DNA from: Octopus vulgaris
Taxonomy: Eukaryota
Direction: 5' to 3'
DNA length: 64,000 nucleotides
Assembly: GCA_951406725.2 (NCBI GenBank)
Contig: OX597833.1
Span: 19,778,001-19,842,000 of the forward strand
Each line of letters opens with the position of its first letter. Position 1 is the stretch's first letter. The translations under genes and the position numbers were made by a program. The notes beneath the pieces are model-generated. The model searched no databases. It was not told the DNA's origin and worked only from the letters and a program-made list of their open reading frames with translations. Below are positions 14,038-25,201 of the stretch, piece after piece.

Positions 14038-14094
14038 GCTTTACAACGTGCTAGCCAGATCATTAGTGAAATCCGTGAGATTCACCTATGGTGA
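14038..14094 (+). CDS. DNM1L: Drp1 terminal coding exon
   Basis: atttcAG acceptor; ALQRASQIISEIREIHLW* matches the Drp1 C-terminus (ALQGASQIIAEIRETHLW); TGA at 14092-14094. Confidence 0.95.
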   Translation, partial: ALQRASQIISEIREIHLW

Positions 14095-14800
14095 CCAGCT
14101 GCCTTCTTATAGTTGCACAATCCTTTACAGTCTATCAGGAGTAACATGGGGACAGGCTGGCTGCTGTTGCCGCTTTCATCACACCACCAAAGTCGAGCTT
14201 CGGAGTCTAGTGTCGGTTCTTTACTTCATCAGCCTCACTTTCGTCTTCTGCTCTCCGAAAAAAAGTTTTTCTCTTCCTCTCTCTCTCTCTCTCTTGCTCT
14301 TTTTTCTCTTTCTTTCTTTTTTTTTTTTTGTACTCTGTACTGACAAAACGTTGTCTTGTGCTCACTAACTCCGTAATGGATGCAGGATCCTCATTGACCA
14401 GCCGAGTGACAGACCCAATCAGTGTCCAGTTTCAGGGAAAAAAAAACAAAGAATAAACAAAAACATCTGCTTTCCTTACTGTTGGTATAAACTGCAGTTT
14501 TCTGCTGCCAGCAACAACTGACAAGAGGACACATGCAACAGTAGCAACAACAATGTATAACACATTCTTCCCGCCCACCCACCCACCCACCCATCCTCAC
14601 CCACCAGAAAATACAAAAAAAAATAAAGATGAAATAGATTTTTTTTTTTTTCAAAATTTTTTTCAGGGTGACATTCCTAATGAAACATTAATGTTGTTTT
14701 TTTGTTGTTTTTTTTTTTTACTTGTTTCTTTGTTTTAGTCAAAAACAAACATTCTTTTACACCCACCAAAATTCAATAAAGGTACATCGTCTATCTAGCT
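14095..14800 (+). other. Probable DNM1L 3' UTR with candidate poly(A) signals
   Basis: Non-transposon sequence after the stop; AATAAA at 14452, 14622 and 14775. True end unknown. Confidence 0.55.
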
Positions 14801-15145
14801 ACTGTAGGTAGGTAGATAGAGAAATAGATATATCGGATAGATATTTCTTTTTAATATTTCCCTCCCCCCTCTCCAATCACCCCCCCCACCTACATTCTGT
14901 AAAAAAAAATAAGAAGAAAAAAAAAGCAACAAAAAGACAACAGTTCTGTTATCCTATCAACTAGCAATATATTATGGCATGTAATTTAATCAAATGAACT
15001 TGAATTGATTCTTGTTGTTAAATGGTTGTTTTTATTTATTGTTTTGATCTCTTGTTTTCCTTCTTTAAAATACATGTGTGTGTGTGTGTGTGTTATAAGA
15101 TATATTATGCTTGTGTGTAACATCTATATATACATGTGTGTACAT

Positions 15146-15360
15146 CAGTGCTTTTCAAACTTTTTGCTGAAGTGAAACCCCAAGGAAACATTTCACTGGC
15201 TCGAGGAACCCCTGTGCAATAATTTGTCTTATGCACACATATCTGCACAGGAGAATTAAAAATTACTGCTGATTTTAACATTTTTGTAACTTCTTGCGGA
15301 ACCCCTGGACTGTACTGGCGGAACCCTAAGGTTCCACGGAACCCTGGTTGAAAACCACTG
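15146..15360. mobile_element. hAT (Charlie-like) MITE
   Basis: TIRs cagtgcttttcaa / ttgaaaaccactg; imperfect 8-bp TSD gtgtacat / gtgtcat; internal ggaacccc repeats. Confidence 0.75.
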
Positions 15361-15407
15361 GTGTCATCATCGTCGTCGTTTAACGTCCGTTCTTGGACAT
15401 ATATCAA

Positions 15408-15945
15408 AATCAAAATCAAATTTGATGACTAGCATCCATGCTAGCGGGGTGCAAAGAGCACCATACGAGTGTGATCGTTGATAGAGCAGCTAACCAGCTT
15501 CGGTGCCAGTGGCACATAAAAAGCACCATTCGAGTGTGATCGTTACCAGCGTTGCCTTACTGGCACTTGTGCCCGTGCTAGTAGGGTGCCAAGAGCACCA
15601 TCTGAGCATGATCGTTGCCAGAGCGGCTAACTGGCTTCCGTGTCGGTGGCGCATAAAAGACACCATTCAAGCGTGATCGTTACCAGCATCGCCTTACTGG
15701 CACCTGTGCCGGTGGCATGTGTAAAAAGATTTGAGCAAGGTTGTTGCCAGTACTGCCTGACTGGCACGTAAAATGCACCCACTACACTCTCGGAGTGGTT
15801 GGCGTTAGGAAGGGCATCCAGCTGTAGAAACTCTGCCAGATCAAGATTGGAGCCTGGTGCAGCTATCTGGTTCGCCAGTCCTCAGTCAAAATCGTCCAAC
15901 CCATGCTAGCATGGAAAGCAGACGTTAAATGATGATGATGGTGAT
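15408..15945 (+). mobile_element. RTE LINE 3' UTR-only copy
   Basis: Repeated gtggcac/aaaagcacc units, gagtggttggcgttaggaagggcatccagc, (GAT)n tail. Confidence 0.85.
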
Positions 15946-16142
15946 ATCTCTTTACTCTTTTACATGTTTCAGTCATTTGACTGCGGCCATGCTGGAGCAC
16001 CGCCTGTAGTCGAACAAATCGACCCCGGAACTTATTCTTTGTAAGCCCAGTACTTATTCTATTGGTCTCTTTTTGCCGAACCGCTAAGTGACGGGGATGT
16101 AAACACACCAACATCGGTTGTCAAGCAATGCTAGTGGGACAA

Positions 16143-16191
<49 letters not shown>

Positions 16192-16360
16192 CATATATAC
16201 AACAGGCTTCTTTCAGTTTCCGTCTACCAAATCCACTCACAAGGCTTTGGTCTGCCCGGGGCTATAGCAGAAGACACTTGCCCAAGATGCCACGCAGTGG
16301 GACTGAACCCGGAACCATGTGGTTGGTTAGCAAGCTACTTACCACACAGCCACACCTGCG
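15946..16360 (-). mobile_element. tRNA-derived SINE family A, full length
   Basis: Head gtggctgtgtggtaag..gggttcagtccc, internal TA/TG tract, (GTAAAAGA)n tail. Confidence 0.88.
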
Positions 16361-17110
16361 ATATATAAAAGACATGTCAAGCTAAGTAAAAGCATGGCTG
16401 TCCTTGCATATAGGCTTGTCCCCTGCAACCTTCTCCAGTTGAGCATCCCTAATCTTGCACATAAAAAGCGCCCATGCCGGTGCTGCATAAAAGCACCCAA
16501 TACACTCTGTAAAGGGGTCGGCATTAGGAAGGGCATCCAGCCATGCCAAAACAGACATGGAACCTGAACAGCCCTTCAGCTGGTTAACTCCTGTGAAACT
16601 GTCCAACCCATGCCAGCATGGAAAAACAGAAAAACAGATGTTAAATGACGATGATGATACATACACACTAGGTGTATTCCAGAAACAAGTATAAAATTCT
16701 AACCTCCATCAGACAGTATCCTCTAATTTCAAAGCATTTCATGAAGGCCTCATATAAGTCCTCCAAAACGAAGTGTCCAGGACCCTTGTCACAGACTCCT
16801 TCAGCTTGAAGAAAATCCGAAAGTTACAGGGAGCAAGGTTTGGCTTATGGGGAGGTAAGGTGCAGTTTTGATGTCCATCTCTGTCAAGTAGTTGGTTATC
16901 AGGTTGGAATTGTAGACTTTTTTTTAACCTTTTTTAAAAAAATTTTTAATCCTTTCCTTCAAACACTCATATGTCAAAATCAACAAGAGTGATCACCGCC
17001 GTCATCATCTCTTCTATAGTATAATCATGTAGTCTTTGGACTTTGTGCCTCAGTTCTAGCAATGATATGTGTTTATCCCTTTGTGTTTATTTTTACAAGT
17101 TCCTCTTGAA

Positions 17111-20100
17111 ATCATCATCATCATCATCATCATTTAGCGTCCGTTTTCCATGCTAGCATGGGTTGGACGGTTCTGTTGGGGTCTGTGAAGCCAGAAGGCT
17201 TCATGAGGCCCAGTCAAATCTGGCAGTGTTTCTACGGCTGGATGCCCTTCCTAACGCCAACCACTCCGTGAGTGTAGTGGGTGCTTTTTACGTGCCACCC
17301 GCACTGGTGCCAGCCAGAGCTGGCAAACGGCCACGAACGGATGGTGCTTTTTATGTGCCACCGGCACGAGGGCCAGGCAAGGCTGGCAACGAACACGAAA
17401 CGGGGCGGTGCTGGCAACGGTCGCGAAACGGAAGGTTCTCTTACATGCCACCGGCACTGGTAACACATCTGCAATTTCCATTGATCGATTTCCATTCTGA
17501 TCCTCACTTGCCTCAATGGGTCTTCACAAGCAGAGTTTCGACATGCCACCGGCACTGGTAGCACATCCGCAATTTCCATTGATCGATTTCGATTCTGATC
17601 CTCACTTGCCTCAACACGTCTTCACAAGTAGAGTTTTGTGTCCCAAGAAGGGAAGGTATGCATACGTAGGCTGGCTCCATCCCATGTAGAAGGCCACGGG
17701 TTGTGGACTCACTTGTCCTGCCGGGTCTTCTCGCGCACAGCACACTTCCAGAGGTCTCGGTCTCTAGTCATTTCCTCGGTGAGACCTAAAGTTCGAAGGT
17801 CGTGCTTCACCACCTCGTCCCAGGTTTTCCTGGGTCTGCCTCTTCCACAGGTTCCCTCAACCGCTAGGGTGTGGCACTTTTTCACACAACTATCTTCATC
17901 CATTCTCGCCACATGACCATACCAGCGCAAACGTCTCTCTTGCACACCACAACTGATGCTTCTTAGGTCCAGCTTTTCTCTCAAGGTACTTACACTCTGC
18001 CGAGTGTGAGTACTGGCATTACACATCCATCGGAGCATACTGGCTTCATTTCTAGCGAGCTTACGCATATCCTCAGCAGTCACGGCCCATGTTTCACTGC
18101 CATGTAGCATGGCTGTTCGTACACACGCATCATACAGTCTGCCTTTCACTCTGTGCGAGAGGCCTTTTGTCACCAGCAGAGGTAAGAGCTCTCTGAACTT
18201 TGCCCAAGCTATTCTTACTCTAGCAGTTACACTTTCAGCACACCCGCCCCCGCTGCTGACTTGGTCACCTAGGTAACGGAAACTATCAACTATTTCTAGT
18301 TTTTCTCCCTGGAAAGTGACAGAAGTTGGTCTCAGAGCATTTTCAGTGTTTATTGTTCCTGAGCATCTGCCACATACAAAAACCATCTTCCTAGTTAGCC
18401 TTCCTTTGACATTGCTGCATCTCTTATGTGTCCATAGCTTACACTTGGTGCATCTTATAGAGTTTCTACCTACACCTTTTCTACAGATCGAGCAGGGCCA
18501 TCTACCTGAAGGTGTTTGTGATTTGTCTACCTTCCTATTGATTACGACTTTGGTTTTAGCTAGATTGACTCTGAGGCCCTTCGATTCTAATCCTTGTTTC
18601 CACACCTGAAACTTCTCCTCCAGTTCTGATAGCGACTCAGCAATTAGAGCAAGGTCATCAGCATAGAGGAGCTCCCAAGGGCATCCTGTCTTGAATTCCT
18701 CCGTTATTGCCTGGAGGACTATGATAAATAGGAGGGGGCTGAGTACTGAGCCTTGGTGGACCCCTACCTCTACCCGGAATTCTTCACTGTACTCATTTCC
18801 AACCCTCACCCTACTAGCGGCGTCCCTATACATGGCCCGCACAGCTCTCACTAACCATTCATCTATCCCTAGTTTTCTCATTGCCCACCAGATAAGGGAT
18901 CGGGGGACCCTGTCGAAGGCTTTCTCCATGTCAACAAAAGCCAGGTACAGGGGCTTATCTTTGGCTAGGTATTTCTCCTGCAGCTGCCTTACCAGGAATA
19001 TAGCATCAGTAGTACTTTTCCCTGGCACAAACCCAAACTGCATCTCATCTAAACTAACTCTCTCTCTAATTAGTTGGGCTATGACCCTCTCCGTAACCTT
19101 CATCACCTGGTCCAACAGCTTGATACCTCTGTAGTTATTTGTATCTAGGGCATCACCTTTACCTTTGTAGCAGTTGACTATTATACTGCTACACCAGTCA
19201 TTGGGTATGACCCCTTTGTGTATCACCTGATTAACTATATGGGTGACTAGGCTATAGCCGACACTACCAGACATTTTGAGCATCTCTGCAGTGATTCCTG
19301 ATGGGCCTGGGGCTTTCCCTGTCTTCATGCTTCTAATTGCCTTAGCTACCACAGAACTATCAACTCGGATAGCTGGTCCCTCTGTTGGGTCAACATTCGG
19401 CAGACTCTCTTTATCCCATTCATTTTCTTCATTCAGCAACCTTTCATAGTGGCATCTCCAAACCTCTCTCTTTGCATCCTCATTTAGCGCAAGTGAACCA
19501 TCTTCCATGCGAACACACTTCTCTCCTACCACATCACGATTCTCTCTCACACACTGTCTTGCAACACGAAACACCTCCAGTCTTTGGTCCTCACGGCGCA
19601 GAACATTGGCAAATTTTTTCTTATCTGCTTCCCCTCTGGCTAAATAAACCTGTCTCCTAGCTTCTCTTTTGGCAGTCTGATACAATTCCCTGCTACCCCC
19701 ATTTTTCCAGACCTTCCAAGCCTGTCTCTTTTCTCTAATAGCCCTGTCTACAATATTGTTCCACCACCACATTATTCTAGGTCGAGAGGGGACTTTGCAC
19801 CAGCCACAGATCTGGTCAGTGGCTCTCAGCAGGTTGTCCCTTAGAAACGTCCAGCTGTCTTCTACCCCTGTGATGCTCTATCCCCTTCTACTTCGTCAGA
19901 GGCTTCAAGTAATATGTCCCTAAATCTCTGTCCATTTGCAGGATCTTTAAGCTTCCAGATCCTTCTTCTCCATATTTGTCGTCTTCTGGTTGTCCTCCTA
20001 GTCCTGATCCTAAAGTCACTAACTACCAGTCTATGTTGTGGGGTACATTCTTCACCTGGGAAGGTTTTGGCATTTATAAGCAGCCATCTCTCCCTTTGCC

Positions 20101-21100
20101 TTGTAAGGATGTAGTCAATTTGGCTGGTATGTTGGCCCGATTGGTAAGTGACTAGGTGGCTGGTAGGTTTCCTGAAGTTAGTGTTGCAAATCATAAGATT
20201 ATTTGCATCGCAGAACTCCAGCAGCCTGGTTCCCTCCTCGTTGCGGGAGCCATAGCCGTAGCCTCCATGTACGCCATGGAAGCCCCCAGCATGTCGTCCA
20301 ACGTGACCATTGAAGTCACCAGCCACAAAGATAAGGTCTCTGTCGTTCGTCAATGAGGTAGTCTGCAGTAGAGTGTCATAGAATCGGTCTTTCTGTCCAT
20401 CGGGTAGCCCCGACTGAGGAGCATAGGCTGATATAATGGTTGCTAAACTATGATGAAGCACTAATCTAATCTTAAGTATTCTGTCACTTACTCTGATTAC
20501 CTCAATTACTTTATCTACCCATTTCTCAGCGATAAGTATACCCACGCCACCAACCCCGTCAGTATTCCCTGCCCAGAAAATCTTGTACCTGCGTTCCTTG
20601 CCTGTGAGGAACCTAGCTGATCCTCCTCTCCACCTTATTTCTTGCATGCAACATATATCCACACATCTCCGTTCAAGCATCTCGACTATCTCACCAGACC
20701 TACCTTTCAGAGTGCCAACGTTGAGGGTGCCAACCCTGAGGGTGTGGAAGGCATGGGCTCTAGAGACCCTGGGACGGTGGACAGTAGCTTCGTGTACCTG
20801 AAAAGAAAGCTCGCATTTGGCAGAATTCATGTGCAAAAAATGAAGTAGTAAAGTAGCCTTCAGTACAACCTGCATAACGCTAGCCTTTCATATTTTGCAC
20901 TGTATGAACATTACCTTACATAGGTCGAGACTAGGGGTAGGGAGGGGTAGGGATGGTGAGAGCATTTGCAGTCTTCATGGGAAGCAACCCCGGAATGGAA
21001 GAGAATAGCAACTTCCGGCATGCGTGGTGGGGGTGGGAGGGCGGGTGCACCGTAGCTGAGTAAAGAGGTTCTGTTAATCGTGAGCTTACAATATCAAATC
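17111..21100 (-). mobile_element. Near-full-length RTE-clade LINE
   Basis: Single EN-RT frame, ~600-bp 3' UTR, (GAT)n tail at 17111-17133. The 5' boundary is approximate; no TSD found. Confidence 0.93.
17709..20875 (-). pseudogene. RTE polyprotein (APE endonuclease + reverse transcriptase + PHD-type finger), split by one frameshift
   Basis: EN: GTLNVGTL, QEIRW, GDFNGHVG, IDYIL, PQHRLV. RT: [42 protein letters not shown]. The two ORFs join if one G is added to the G run at 19865-19868. Confidence 0.93.
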
Positions 21101-21319
21101 AGACAAGTAGAATAAAAAAAAAGCTGGGATTCCCCTTCACCACCTGCCTTGTGAAAACAGGATCTGATCAGCAGGTGTAAAGCGGAAGCTGTTTCTGTCT
21201 TTGTTTTGTAAATTAAAACACTGGGTCAGATCACTTCATTGGTTTTACCACTTTTCTAGCTATTCTTAATGAGATATAAAGTTTTTTTTAAAAAATGTTT
21301 AGAGAGTAGAGCTAGTTAA

Positions 21320-22270
21320 CCCTTTAGCATTCAAATTATTTTTTCAAATTTAATGCTTGTTTATTCATTGGGATCTTTTCGGTTTGAACAGCAGTTTTTA
21401 ACATAATTTCTAGATAACTAAAAAATTTTAAACTTCGTATACTGGTAGAATCTATTTATAAAACATCTTTTTCTCTTGGCTTTATTGAGAAAATTCTATA
21501 GTTTGTAAGATATTTGTTGTTGTTTTTTCTTCAATTTCTGCAGTTTCAACCAATCAATGACGTCCATTGAGGTAAAAAAAAGCATTCTGTGCCGTATGAA
21601 TATGTCCCTCGTTTAAGAAACAGATTGGGTTTATTTACATTTGTGAAGAAAAAAGATACCCTTCTCCCCACTAACCCTAAAACAGATTGAAATGCAATAG
21701 ATCGATACTAGGGTCATAATTATGGGTGACACTTTCATATGACACTGCTAGAAAAAACTGCCGTTGAAACCGAAAAGATCCATTCATTGTTTTGAATTAA
21801 TTATGAATTACCTTGTAGCTAAGACATTTTCATAATGTGATTGCTTGGTTTTAGAAAGATATTTATGTGCTTAGTCATACACACACACACAATGGGTTTC
21901 TTTGAGTTGTTTCTTTTGCTTAAAGTGCAACATAGTGGGGCTGAACCCAAGACCACATGGTTATGGGTTAAGTTCTCACTCATTGAATAATATTTTTTGT
22001 GTTCTCATTATTCAAATGATGGAATGTTGACTGCAGCAATGCTGGAACACTGCCTTAAACGATTTTTTAGTCAAAGAAATCAACCCCAGGACTTATTCTT
22101 TGTAAGCCTAGTACTTATTTTATTGTTTTTTTTTTGACCAAACTGCTAAATTATAGAGACATAAACACACCAACATTGTAGGATAGGTGTGAAAGGCTAG
22201 ATCTGGTCAGTTTTAACATAAAACTGGTTGAATATTTAGGTTGGATATAGTCGAGCTGAATGCTAAAAGG
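21320..22270. mobile_element. piggyBac-type MITE carrying nested insertions
   Basis: TTAA-ccctttagcattca ... tgaatgctaaaagg-TTAA. Confidence 0.75.
21371..21781. mobile_element. Non-autonomous DNA transposon with 8-bp TSD (Merlin-like)
   Basis: TIRs ggatcttttcggtttgaacagcagtttt / aaaactgccgttgaaaccgaaaagatcc; perfect TSD attcattg. Superfamily inferred from GG..CC ends and TSD length. Confidence 0.8.
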
Positions 22271-22537
22271 TTAAAATTTCCCTAACTACAGAGATGTCTG
22301 TCAAACATTTTGATAGTATACAATAGACATCTTGTTGTTGTTATTTTTCTTTATGATAACAGATTGTCATTATAACATTCCATTATAACTTGAAAAATGA
22401 AAACACAAAAAATATTATTCAGTGAGTGAGAACTTAACCCGTGATAACCATGTGGCCTTGGGTTGAAAGAAACTCATTATGTGTGCATGACTAAGCACAT
22501 AAATACGGAAAGAGGTGGGGGAAAACTGTACTCAAAT

Positions 22538-23200
22538 AGGCACAGGCATGGCTGTGTGGTAAGAAGCTTCCTTCTCAACCACATGATTTTAGGTTCAGCC
22601 ACACTGTGTGGCACTTTGGGCAAGGGTCTTCTACTATAGACGTAAACTGAAAGAAGCCCATCGTATATACACAAAAATCACCACTCCTTATTCTTACAAA
22701 CAGGCCTGCTACTGCCTGTTGTTCGCCATACACACACGTGTCATTATTGCACACACACGTACACCCGCAGACCTTCAAGCACGCACACACCCACACACAT
22801 TCCTTGTCCTTACCATACTATCTTGAAACTCTCCTGTCTCTAAAAAACTTGATTCGTCTACCTTTCAACTTCCGTTCTTTCAACATGTGACCTCGTGAGC
22901 ACCGCCAGCAATTTTTTTCCTCTGTCTTCCCTTCTAGGGATCCTTCCTTCTCCTTTGTTTCTGACGAAGAGCTCCGCTTGAAACGTTAAACCCTCCTTCT
23001 TCCCTTCTTTCCTGAGCGTCCAATAATACTTTATTTGTTCCACGTCCTCGCGTTGCTGTGTTTTTTTGTGTTTTCTTGTTTGGATTAACTTTATATATAT
23101 ATATATGTGTGTGTGTTTGTGCCCCCACTATTGTTTAACAATCAATGTTGGTGTGTTTATGTCTGTATAATTTAGCAGTTTGGCCAAAAAGACCAACAGA
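22538..23200 (+). mobile_element. SINE family A interrupted by a Penelope-like fragment (about 22668-23092)
   Basis: The SINE head ends at gaagcccatcgtatata and the body resumes after the TA tract at ~23100. Confidence 0.7.
22957..22991 (+). ncRNA. Minimal type I hammerhead ribozyme motif
   Basis: GUUU-CUGACGA-A-GAGC ucc GCUU-GAAACGUU-AAAC; palindromic stem III. Confidence 0.7.
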
Positions 23201-23752
23201 CCACCATCTCTCTCTCTCTCCTACTCCTGCATTTCCCTCGGGTTGGGTAACCTTGTATCTCCTTTCCAACAGCACCTGTTTCTGTCCTCAATCCTGATCT
23301 CTCTCTCCTGCTGGGTAACTTTGTACCTCCTCTGCAACAAGACACCTGTTTCTGTCTCTCTGTGTCACTGTAACCTTTCATCATCTGACACAAGACCACC
23401 TCCTCCAATTCCATGACCCAGGCAGTGCAAGTGCTACTTAAAAAACATCCAGTCTCCACTGTAAAGTGGTTGGCATTTAGAAGGGCATCCAGCTGTAAAA
23501 ACCTTGCCAAAACTGACCACTCTGTTGGGTAGTTGGTATTAGGAAGGGCATTCAGCTGTAAAAATCTTGTCAAACTGTCACACCCATGCCAGCATGGAAG
23601 GTGGATATTAAATGATGATGATGGTAACTAATTGTTGGGACATCAAAATTTCTATTTCCAATTATAGATTTTATGTCATTTCCCAAATAACGTAAAATTT
23701 CTGTTTATTTTTTATTCTTTTGTTATCGATTGATATCATCAAAAGTTAAATA

Positions 23753-24230
23753 CAGGGTGACCCATAAAAAACAGAACCGCTAAAAATTTTAGTAAATCCT
23801 ACAAAGGTCCAGCAAATTTCTTGAAATTTGCTGAACTTAAACGTCAGACTGTGTACAATCATTCCCTTTGCATAAAAGTCATGTTCTTTTCAAAATTGTC
23901 AATTACTTGAACATGTTCCTCTTTGGGGGCTGTGATTGCTGCCTTCAGTTCACCAATCGTTGAGGGTTGTTCTGGTAAACGTTATCCTTGAGATACCCCC
24001 ACAGATAAAAATCTGGAGGGGGATTCAAGTCGGGTGAATGCGGTACCCACTCAATGTCACACTTCTTGCTGATCAGTCTCTCCTGAAATTACTCTCTCAG
24101 CCAGGCTAGGGAGACATTTGATGTGTCGGGGGTGGCCCCATCTTGCTGGAACCACTCTTCATCTGGATCTATCCCTCTGCATCATTTTATTCAAAAATCT
24201 GTGTGTTCTGTGTTTTTAGGGGTCGCCCTG
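23753..24230 (-). mobile_element. Internally deleted Tc1/mariner-superfamily element
   Basis: TA-cagggtgacccataaaaa ... tttttaggggtcgccctg-TA; WFQQDGAT and HSPDLNP..DFYLWGYLKD remnants. Confidence 0.85.
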
Positions 24231-24289
24231 TACTAAATTGGTTTTTCTTAGACTGTTATATTTCTTAACATTCTTTTTGTATGTGTTCA

Positions 24290-24672
24290 TCTCTTTTAGT
24301 CTTTTACTTGTTTCAGTCATTTGACTGTGGCCATGCTGGAGCACCGCCTTTAGTCAAGCAAATCGACCCCAAGACTTATTCTTTGTAAACCTAGTACTTA
24401 TTCTATTGGTCTCTTTTGCCGAACTGCTAAGTTACGGGGATGTAAACACACCAGTATTGGTTGTCAAGCGATGTTGGTGGGACAAACACAGACAAACATA
24501 CACATATATTCGACGGACTTCTTTCAGTTTCCGTCTACCAAATCCACTCACAAGGCTTTGGTTGGCCCAAGGCTATAGTAGAAGACACTTTCCCAAGGTG
24601 CCACACAATGGGACTGAACCCAGAACCATGTGGTTCGTAAGCAAGCTACTTACCACACAGCCACACCTACCT
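24290..24672 (-). mobile_element. SINE family A
   Basis: Colinear with 15946-16360. Confidence 0.85.
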
Positions 24673-25201
24673 ATTAGAGATATTTTCTTAGTCACTTTGA
24701 ATTTAACCCATTTGGGATTGCCTTAAAAACGCAGTACTCAGTAACCTTGATGGGAAATTATATTCAGGTTACACTGTGGCACATAGTCAATGAAGGAATT
24801 TCTATGTGAGTCATTCTGCCAGCTAAAAATTGCTGTAAAATCTCCTTCAACTCATATTTTATCATGTTAAGAAAAATGGGTACATTTAGATGTCATCCTA
24901 GGAACAATGCCACACGAGTCTAATAATCAACAAGATATGTAACCCTTCTCTTGTAGAGCCTAGTGCAATTCAGTAGTAGAAAGAAGTGGGGAAGAAAGGC
25001 TTTAGGTTTCACTTGGAGTTTATCAACAATAACAGATACTGCCATATATTTTTAAATGCTTTGTTGTATCATCATTTCATCTGGTTAGAATAGAAATAAA
25101 TGTCAGAGTAAATTTATGGCAGAGTTTTCACAAGTCAGACCAATGCAACCAAAGATTGAGATGATAGTTCTGATTACTTTTGATATTAGAATTCTCTTTA
25201 A

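Noticed and set aside
15420-15790. Repeat-spacer-like units resembling a CRISPR array (also 25433-25625 and 29200-29500)
   Set aside because: Degenerate, irregular units of the RTE 3' UTR in a eukaryotic context, with no cas genes.
21670-21682. ctaaccctaa telomere-like motif
   Set aside because: Under two units, inside a MITE.
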